From: an uncultured Methanosarcinales archaeon
GTDB taxonomy: Archaea > Nanobdellota > Nanobdellia > Woesearchaeales > CAZYIM01
Direction: 5' to 3'
DNA length: 15,193 nucleotides
Assembly: GCA_964647565.1 (NCBI GenBank)
Contig: CAZYIM010000047.1
Coordinates: 1 to 15,193, forward strand
Both the position numbers and the translations under genes were made by a program. Below, piece after piece: positions 9,159 through 15,193 of the stretch (positions are counted from its first letter, which is position 1; each line of letters opens with the position of its first letter). The notes beneath the pieces were generated by a model, which saw nothing but the letters and a program-made list of their open reading frames with translations, was not told the DNA's origin and did not search any database.

Positions 9159-9188
9159 TTACAGATTTCTCAGAATCTTTTTAATCAT
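9159..9188 (-). other. Short upstream ORF or decayed gene start (MIKKILRNL*)
   Basis: ATG 9188 sits exactly 31 bp after the preceding stop, as the other genes' starts do. It is in frame with 6567..9134 but interrupted by TAA (9159-9161) and TAG (9141-9143). Confidence 0.45.
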
Positions 9189-9219
9189 ACAATAATCCTA
9201 AGCGAACTACTATAAAAAA
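9189..9219 (-). promoter_or_regulatory. Putative archaeal TATA promoter
   Basis: ttttttatagtagttcgcttaggattattgt followed by ATG 9188. Same geometry as the other junctions. Confidence 0.6.
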
Positions 9220-9357
9220 TTATAGTTTTTTAATTATCAATAGTAGGTCCTGCACATCAACAGTACCATCGCCAGTCAGGTCATGCTGAGAAGTACCAAA
9301 AGCCCGAATCAAAAGAATAAGATCCGCAATATCAACAACACCATCCTTGTTTATGTC
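9220..9357 (-). repeat. Dockerin-like C-terminal module (copy 4 of 6)
   Basis: DINKDGVVDIADLILLIRAFGTSQHDLTGDGTVDVQDLLLIIKKL*. Confidence 0.85.
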
Positions 9358-11754
9358 AGCAGGATCATCAAGAACCTTAACTGCAATTGTAGTAGCCCTA
9401 ACCGCATATCCATTGGTTGTTCCTCCAAGATCCGAATCAAATCTGAATTCTATCTTATTAGTTCCCGAAACCAAATCTGCTATTGGCACTTCGTAACAGA
9501 TTTGTATTTCTGTAGAATCGCCTGTCGCAGGAATTGGAGTCCAAGCGCCGGAGTTGATCCTCAAGCTCCCTTCCTGGTCTGAATCTGAGTCAAATACAGT
9601 ATACTTAATAATAGCTTTTTCAACCAAGGAAGGATCAATACCAGTTATTGAACATAATTTAGTAGCACCAATGGATATATACATATCTAATGGCATCGGA
9701 GTGCAATCCAAGGTTACAGTATATTCTGCTAAAGACGGACAATTACTGCTAGAAGCAGCATTACATGTTCCACCGACACAGCACAGATTGCCATGATCAG
9801 AAGAACTTACAAAACTGCCACCCTCACAGATCTGGCCTGAAGAACATGGAACTCCACCTTTTCCAGAGACACATGTGCTGTCTTCTCCACCACCATTGCC
9901 ACCGCCATTACCTCCACCATCACTATCTTTACATTCTGAACCGCCGACACAGCACCAACTGCCATGATCAGAAGAATACTGGAAGCTGCCGCCTTCACAA
10001 CTCTGGCCTGCTTCGCAGGGAAATCCGCCCAATGAAGAGCAGGGTTGGCTTGCAGGAGGCTGATAGTTAGAGCTGCCTGTAAAGACAAACTTGATAGCAT
10101 CTGAAATCACATAACCATTGGCATTATTATTCAACTCAACAAAACCTGTCTTGCCTTTGTTAAAAGTATACTTGCCAAGAGAATTCCATCTGGCAACATT
10201 CCTGGTCTGATCAAGGGTACCTGTCTTGGTGCCTCCAGCATGCACAATCTTATAAGGTACATTTGATGCAGGAGTCTTGTCTTCCAACTCTCCATGCCAC
10301 TCAAAAACCTCATACTCACCTGGCACATTTATCTCTGGTTTGTATGTTGCCTTATTCTCGCCGCCGCCAGCATTCGACATTGCAAACCCCGAACCACGCC
10401 AATCCCAAGGTATCCTGATCCCATAGTATTTCTTTCCCTTTATGACCTGCTTACAGCTGCTGCTACAATCTACTGCTTGCTTCCAACTACCTGAATAGCT
10501 GACAGGATCCTGGCCAACAGTATTCAAATTAATCTCCATATTGTCTATCACAATATCAGTAATAAGAGTAACCCTTTCCTTAAACAGCATGATACCATCA
10601 ATAGGTTCAAGACGGATAGGATGGCTTGCATCAACCAGCTCACCATTATTAAAGTCAGGATCCTGGTTGCCTATGAACCTGTAATAAGGACCACCTTCAA
10701 GATCTGAAGCCTGTATAGTCTTGCTGCTGCTGGCGATATTGGCAAGCACTACACCCTTATCAAAATATCTCACATAGACAGAATCTTTTATCGTATCAAT
10801 ACCCGAAGTTGGATAACCAAGGTCTCCGTGATATTCATCATGTAAGAAAGAATATCTATGAATAGCACCTTCCTCATCATGCCCAAAATAAAGACCGAAT
10901 ATCTGTGCAGATGCAAAATCACCTCTAAATACAGCCCCAGTTTCTTCATCCCCAGATATAGCATTGGCATAAAGCACATGAGGTTCCACTCCCTCTGCCT
11001 GCAATTTCCTAACCCTTATGAAGTTTTGCGATCTCGATCCGAGATGAGGTTGATGCCAAAATTCAAATGCATTACCATTTAAAAAAGTCTGTCCGCTTTC
11101 ATGAGCAATAACTATGACGCCCGGATGAAGCTCTCTCATTTTTTGCACAAAAACTTTTTGCCCCTGCATCCAGTCAGAATAAACATTTGAATCTGGCTGA
11201 CCATCAAAGTTTAGATCTATCTTACTTGGATCTTGATTCTCCACATAGTATTTTAGACCACTTTGCCATGTATCAAAATATAGACCATCATACACACTCA
11301 AATCTGTGCTTTTGATGGAAAACTCAGCAAAGAACTCGTTGAATTTCTGTCTACCATATATATAGTCTCCTTCTGGAGCAGAATCAGCGAGATTCATCAG
11401 ATAATCCCCATATAGAGGAGACCTTCTGCCATCAAGATAATGCACAAAGAATGCTTCAGGCATATATTCCTTTGTTGTTTGCTTGGTCTCCACTTCAGAT
11501 ATTCCAGAAGCTCCTAAAATTATCATACCCGGATTCACAGATCTTAAAGCACTAGCTATTGATGCTGGCCGCTTGCCATAGCTTCTATATCCAATCATAT
11601 CATGATGCTTCCAAAGGTCAGCTGCCACCTCTTTTTCGATGGGATAGAAATTGACCTGCCCAATCCTCGGATAAGGGGGATTAAAGTTGGCTGCCTGGCT
11701 AAAAGGAATGATTAATAGAAAAACTAGTAAAACAATAAATACCTCTTTTTTCAT
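9220..11754 (-). CDS. Secreted putative glycoside hydrolase (GHL15/GH168-like) with golvesin-like CBM, two Cys-rich repeats, beta-sandwich domain and dockerin-like domain
   Basis: The track start at 11778 overlaps the TATA-like box. ATG 11754 (MKKEVFIVLLVFLLIIPFSQA) fits both the signal peptide and the 32-bp spacing. Motifs YPRIG, YDGLYFDTW, NGNAFEFW, HDEYHGDLGYPT and YVRYFDKGVVLAN. Same architecture as the 6567 gene. Confidence 0.85.
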   Translation of the reverse strand: MKKEVFIVLLVFLLIIPFSQAANFNPPYPRIGQVNFYPIEKEVAADLWKHHDMIGYRSYGKRPASIASALRSVNPGMIILGASGISEVETKQTTKEYMPEAFFVHYLDGRRSPLYGDYLMNLADSAPEGDYIYGRQKFNEFFAEFSIKSTDLSVYDGLYFDTWQSGLKYYVENQDPSKIDLNFDGQPDSNVYSDWMQGQKVFVQKMRELHPGVIVIAHESGQTFLNGNAFEFWHQPHLGSRSQNFIRVRKLQAEGVEPHVLYANAISGDEETGAVFRGDFASAQIFGLYFGHDEEGAIHRYSFLHDEYHGDLGYPTSGIDTIKDSVYVRYFDKGVVLANIASSSKTIQASDLEGGPYYRFIGNQDPDFNNGELVDASHPIRLEPIDGIMLFKERVTLITDIVIDNMEINLNTVGQDPVSYSGSWKQAVDCSSSCKQVIKGKKYYGIRIPWDWRGSGFAMSNAGGGENKATYKPEINVPGEYEVFEWHGELEDKTPASNVPYKIVHAGGTKTGTLDQTRNVARWNSLGKYTFNKGKTGFVELNNNANGYVISDAIKFVFTGSSNYQPPASQPCSSLGGFPCEAGQSCEGGSFQYSSDHGSWCCVGGSECKDSDGGGNGGGNGGGEDSTCVSGKGGVPCSSGQICEGGSFVSSSDHGNLCCVGGTCNAASSSNCPSLAEYTVTLDCTPMPLDMYISIGATKLCSITGIDPSLVEKAIIKYTVFDSDSDQEGSLRINSGAWTPIPATGDSTEIQICYEVPIADLVSGTNKIEFRFDSDLGGTTNGYAVRATTIAVKVLDDPADINKDGVVDIADLILLIRAFGTSQHDLTGDGTVDVQDLLLIIKKL
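9914..10396. repeat. 483-bp near-identical direct repeat, copy B
   Basis: Matches 7246-7728. Encodes GSGFAMSNAG…ECKDSDGG, i.e. most of the golvesin-like domain plus the first Cys-rich repeat. Confidence 0.95.
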
Positions 11755-11786
11755 TAATAACTCTCTTGAAAGTCTCATTTAAATAG
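11755..11786 (-). promoter_or_regulatory. Putative archaeal TATA promoter
   Basis: 32-bp spacer ctatttaaatgagactttcaagagagttatta, with TTTAAAT at about -29..-23 from ATG 11754. Confidence 0.6.
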
Positions 11787-11924
11787 TTATAGTTTTTTAA
11801 TTATTAGTAATAAGTCACTAACATTAACAACTCCATCTACAGTAAGATCATGTTCAGAAGTGCCAAAGGCCCTAACCAGTAATACCAAGTCAATCACATC
11901 GATCACACCATCTTGGTTAAGATC
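11787..11924 (-). repeat. Dockerin-like C-terminal module (copy 5 of 6)
   Basis: DLNQDGVIDVIDLVLLVRAFGTSEHDLTVDGVVNVSDLLLIIKKL*. Confidence 0.85.
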
Positions 11925-13721
11925 TTCTGGCTCAAATTCAGGTTCTGGTTTATAGACCAGCTTCACAGCATCTGCAATCACATAATTATCTGTGCCTTGT
12001 GTCTTGACCTTGACATAATTATCTGTGCCTTTGGAAAAATCATAGCTTCCAAGCAATATCCATTCAGCATATTTATCCTGCTGGTTGATAACAACAGTAT
12101 CAGTACCTGCTGCATGCTTAATCTCAAATGGAGTCTTGGTGGAGGAAGGCAACCTGTTATCCTTGCCAGCCCATGCATGCCATTCATATACATCATAATT
12201 CCCAGGAACACTTATATTAATAGTAAATACCGCTTCTGAATTCCTGTCATCTGTATAATAATGAGGCAGGTTGCCCAGATCACCATGGCCGCAATACCAA
12301 GGACCAAGAGCCCAATAAGGCACATGCGATGTCTCGCAGTCTTTCCTACCATTCTCCCAGTCTCCAGATACCTCTGCCTTCACCTGACTTATGGTAGTTG
12401 GACCAAAATCATTATCTACAATGATGTCAGAGACAACAGTTGTCGGAGTCTTGACCAGAAGAATACCATCTCCAATGAACTCGTTATTATCTGCATCACC
12501 CCACACAGAACTTACAAGATCAACCTGGTCAAACAGCTGGCCGTTGTTGAAATTTGGATCATGACTCCCTCTGAAACGATAATAAGGACCAGTATAACCA
12601 GTTAACTGTTTGAGATCGTCATCAGATATGGTTAGTGTATCTTTGGTCGGATTGACAATCACAACGCCATTATCAAAAAACCTCGCCATGACGCACACAT
12701 TGAACCAAAGACTTTCATAACAGGTCCGCTCTATGTTTTGGGCTTCAGAAGTAGGATAACCAAGGTCTACACCCATCTCATCCACCCAAACAGCCCAATA
12801 ATGCTCTTGAAAATCGCCAGCATTGGCAAAGGTGTCTGTAATGCAGGATGAAGCAACACCATACCTGGCGAAACGAGGATAATCTTCGCTCTGCTTATCA
12901 CCTATAGATACTCCGTGACCGCCATGCAATTTGGGCTTAATATTAATGAAAGTAACATCAGGTCCTGGATGGTCATTCATTTTTTCAGTTGTCTCTCTAA
13001 AGGCCTCCCACTCATAGTCTGCCTTACCCCATATCTCCCAGAACCTGCCGTCAATATGAGGACTGTCAAGGATGCCAGTCCCCCAACCATAGTTCATCAC
13101 CAAAACCTTGCCAGCCGGCATGTTGTCCTTAAATTTCTTCATTACTGTTCTCCAGCCATCCTGCAGCGCTTCTGATTGTTCGTCCCAGCCATCATCACTT
13201 CCGTCCCTATCAAAGTCTATTCCACTAATACCCCAAAACTTGGTCCAGATGCCATCGCTTGCAACTCCATCATATATTGAGAAATCCGTATCCTTCAGGA
13301 CTTTTTCAACAAGGGCGTCATTGTATTTCTTGCCGGCATATTCAGGATACTCGCTTCCGTCATGTACATCACAAAAATCAGTTGGATCTGCAAACAAGAG
13401 ATTCCGGCTAGTTGTATAATAGACAATCTTCTCATCCTCATTCCTAAACGCCCATTCCTCAGGAAAATCGTACCTGAAGGGCCCGCCAGCCTGCCAATCG
13501 ACGGTCCAGACCAGGATTGCATCAGGATTGATATCCCTTATGCCCTGAAACATGCCGTCATTCTTGCCTGCAACCACCATATCAAACTGCGCATAAAATT
13601 CAGCCCTGCCAGGCCCCCAGAAAAAGGCTGCCGTCCTCGGATATGAGGGATTAAAATTAGTGGCAATAGTAATAGGCATTAGAAATAAAAATAACAAGAT
13701 TAGTATAACACCTCTTTCCAT
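11787..13721 (-). CDS. Secreted putative glycoside hydrolase (GHL15/GH168-like) with golvesin-like CBM and dockerin-like domain; no Cys-rich repeats
   Basis: Signal peptide. Motifs YPRTA, YDGVASDGIW, DFDRDGSDD, DGRFWEIW, EHYWAVWVDEMGVDLGYPT, RFFDNGVVIVNP, IIVDN, PGNYDVYEWH, WILLGSYDF and VIADAVKLV. Confidence 0.85.
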   Translation of the reverse strand: MERGVILILLFLFLMPITIATNFNPSYPRTAAFFWGPGRAEFYAQFDMVVAGKNDGMFQGIRDINPDAILVWTVDWQAGGPFRYDFPEEWAFRNEDEKIVYYTTSRNLLFADPTDFCDVHDGSEYPEYAGKKYNDALVEKVLKDTDFSIYDGVASDGIWTKFWGISGIDFDRDGSDDGWDEQSEALQDGWRTVMKKFKDNMPAGKVLVMNYGWGTGILDSPHIDGRFWEIWGKADYEWEAFRETTEKMNDHPGPDVTFINIKPKLHGGHGVSIGDKQSEDYPRFARYGVASSCITDTFANAGDFQEHYWAVWVDEMGVDLGYPTSEAQNIERTCYESLWFNVCVMARFFDNGVVIVNPTKDTLTISDDDLKQLTGYTGPYYRFRGSHDPNFNNGQLFDQVDLVSSVWGDADNNEFIGDGILLVKTPTTVVSDIIVDNDFGPTTISQVKAEVSGDWENGRKDCETSHVPYWALGPWYCGHGDLGNLPHYYTDDRNSEAVFTINISVPGNYDVYEWHAWAGKDNRLPSSTKTPFEIKHAAGTDTVVINQQDKYAEWILLGSYDFSKGTDNYVKVKTQGTDNYVIADAVKLVYKPEPEFEPEDLNQDGVIDVIDLVLLVRAFGTSEHDLTVDGVVNVSDLLLIIKKL

Positions 13722-13754
13722 ATAATCATTTTTTAGAAGAACTAATATAAAAAA
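13722..13754 (-). promoter_or_regulatory. Putative archaeal TATA promoter
   Basis: 33-bp spacer ttttttatattagttcttctaaaaaatgattat before ATG 13721. Confidence 0.6.
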
Positions 13755-13892
13755 TTATAGTTTTTGGATGATGACCAAAAGATCCTGGACATCTACAATA
13801 CCATCATTTGTTAGATCGTTATTTGAGGTGCCAAAACTTCTTACCAACAAAACAAGGTCAAAGATGTCTACAATATCATCATTGTTCAGGTC
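13755..13892 (-). repeat. Dockerin-like C-terminal module (copy 6 of 6)
   Basis: DLNNDDIVDIFDLVLLVRSFGTSNNDLTNDGIVDVQDLLVIIQKL*. Confidence 0.85.
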
Positions 13893-15193
13893 ACCCAGAA
13901 TTGGAGTATCCCCTCCATTACCACCACCTGAATTGTTGTCACCACCAGTCTCATTATTACCAGGAGGATCAGGATCAGGAGGATCAGGATCTCCACAGGC
14001 AGAATTATAGACACAAAAGGATTCAGGACATTCTGCAGGATGCTGGCAGGTCCTTGTCAAATGCACCTTATTTGAGTCACATTCTCCACCACCACACCCA
14101 TGAGCATCTGAAACAGTACAGTCCAGATCACAATTCCTTTTACAACTGCCATCACAACATACTTGGGGTGAGGAACAGTCAGTTGCCAAGTAATAAGCGC
14201 TACCTTGACAATCAGTACCCGCATCACAGCAAACAGCAGAAGGATTCCATTCAGAACAAGTTTTCTGCTCAGGAGGTGATGATGTTACTGAACAATCGCC
14301 ATGCATGACCCAGGAATTGAAATCATAAGTGCAAGTCTTGCCATGATGGCTCACTTTCATGTTGCCATTGTTCCATTCAATCAGCCTGCCCTGCTCTTGG
14401 TCACCATAACCATAAAAGGTCTCAATACGTTTGGTCGGATCTATGACTTGAGAAAATGTTGATTCTCCCGGCTTTTGCACTACTGCATATCTGTTGATCC
14501 CCTCTCCTTCATAAGATATCCTGACACCTTTACTTGTTGTGAAAATATCATTTGACAATCCCGCATTAGCTAAAACAGCACTTCTGAAACTATCAAAATC
14601 AGGGTAATCCACTCCAGTAATACCCAGTTCAATGCCAGCAACAGAACCCTGAAGTAATACTGCATACATGACCCTGCCTTCTCGATAGAACCTCCAATTG
14701 CCACTCGTGCTCTCTTCATCCCACAGATTGGGGTATGGATTATTCTCTAAAGTAGCAAATCCTCTTATCTGCTGCTCATAGAGTGTAGGCCCAAGATGGT
14801 TTGCCGTAATCAGGCCAGCATTCCTATATTGGAAAAGATCATGGCCCCTATCAATATAGTTACCTGAATCAGAATTAAAGTAAAAGAAATCTGTGTGCTC
14901 ATTAATCCACATGTTAAATGGATAGTAGCCATCGGTCTTGATGTTCAACAGCCAAATACCTTGTTCTTCCCGGCCCCCCAAATTATAGTACTTGGTAATA
15001 TATGTCCATTTCCTGAACCAATCCTCAAGATTCAAATGCCAATAGTTGTCAGGTTCATCCTTGATATTACCAACATCCACGACAACATCAGGGAGATCAT
15101 AATCACTCATGATAGTATTAACTGAAGGTGCAAAAGCAGCAGGCCTGTGGGTGGGATCAAAATATATCTTAAAAGGGAAGGTCAGTCTTCCTT
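13755..15193 (-). CDS. Dockerin-like-domain protein of unknown function with Cys-rich region and Pro/Gly linker; 5'-truncated by the window edge
   Basis: The frame stays open upstream of track ATG 15110 to the window end (GRLTFPFKIYFDPTHRPAAFAPSVNTIMSDYDLP…). An aromatic-rich domain is followed by a Cys-rich tract, the linker DPDPPDPDPPG/GGDNNSGGGNGG and a dockerin-like end. Confidence 0.85.
   Translation of the reverse strand, partial: GRLTFPFKIYFDPTHRPAAFAPSVNTIMSDYDLPDVVVDVGNIKDEPDNYWHLNLEDWFRKWTYITKYYNLGGREEQGIWLLNIKTDGYYPFNMWINEHTDFFYFNSDSGNYIDRGHDLFQYRNAGLITANHLGPTLYEQQIRGFATLENNPYPNLWDEESTSGNWRFYREGRVMYAVLLQGSVAGIELGITGVDYPDFDSFRSAVLANAGLSNDIFTTSKGVRISYEGEGINRYAVVQKPGESTFSQVIDPTKRIETFYGYGDQEQGRLIEWNNGNMKVSHHGKTCTYDFNSWVMHGDCSVTSSPPEQKTCSEWNPSAVCCDAGTDCQGSAYYLATDCSSPQVCCDGSCKRNCDLDCTVSDAHGCGGGECDSNKVHLTRTCQHPAECPESFCVYNSACGDPDPPDPDPPGNNETGGDNNSGGGNGGDTPILGDLNNDDIVDIFDLVLLVRSFGTSNNDLTNDGIVDVQDLLVIIQKL

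Noticed and set aside
9141..9161. Stop-codon reassignment or readthrough joining ATG 9188 to the 6567 gene
   Set aside because: It would need readthrough of both TAA and TAG. TAA is the stop used by all six genes, and the long ORFs contain no internal stops.
9209..9226. Inverted repeat ACTATAA-N4-TTATAGT as a Xer/dif-like site
   Set aside because: The 7-bp arms and 4-bp spacer do not fit the 11-6-11 dif layout. The symmetry is missing at the TTTAAAT-type junctions and follows trivially from a stop codon next to a TATA box.
7246..10396. Diversity-generating retroelement TR/VR pair
   Set aside because: Only two mismatches, not an adenine-specific pattern. Both copies are internal coding sequence, and there is no reverse transcriptase in the window.
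11755..11778. ORF-track start at 11778 (MRLSRELL…)
   Set aside because: This ATG overlaps the TATA-like box only 8 bp from the previous stop. ATG 11754 fits the spacing and the signal peptide.
1884..13754. Integron attC sites at the cassette-like junctions
   Set aside because: Spacers of 31-33 bp are too short for attC. There is no RYYYAAC…GTTRRRY pair with an extended hairpin, and no integrase is visible.
13915..13991. Short GGATCA/GGA and CCA tandem repeats as a CRISPR or VNTR
   Set aside because: They encode Pro-Asp and Gly-rich linkers. No repeat-spacer structure, tRNA or rRNA was recognised anywhere in the window.
99..15125. All plus-strand ORFs and the short alternative-frame minus-strand ORFs in the track
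   Set aside because: They lie within long minus-strand genes with coherent domains and have no recognisable motifs. The duplicated ones (7463..7660 and 10131..10328) only mirror the 483-bp repeat.

Overview
The window is a head-to-tail array of at least seven minus-strand genes for secreted, modular, carbohydrate-active-like proteins. The first (<1..1883, absent from the ORF track) and last (13755..>15193) run off the window edges. All six genes whose 3' end is visible finish in the same compact 45-aa dockerin-like module (…DLxxDGxVDVxDLLxIxKKL*). The catalytic-like domains are one PL1 pectate lyase, one divergent PL8-like lyase with a malectin domain, four paralogous GHL15/GH168-like TIM-barrel proteins with a golvesin/xanthan-lyase-type CBM-like domain, and one unassigned protein. 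Cys-rich repeats and Gly/Pro linkers join the modules. The junctions are strikingly stereotyped: 31-33 bp from stop to the next ATG, with an archaeal-type TATA box right after each stop and no upstream SD. This points to individually promoted, leaderless genes in an archaeon, plausibly DPANN/Woesearchaeota-like (inference only). The best candidate for a novel system is an expanding, module-swapping array of dockerin-tagged glycan-degrading enzymes, possibly a cellulosome-like complex. Also noted: a 483-bp near-identical tract shared by two paralogues, a frame-independent GAGG(T) motif just downstream of start codons, and a paralogue lacking the putative catalytic Asp. All family assignments come from motif recognition by eye, not database searches.
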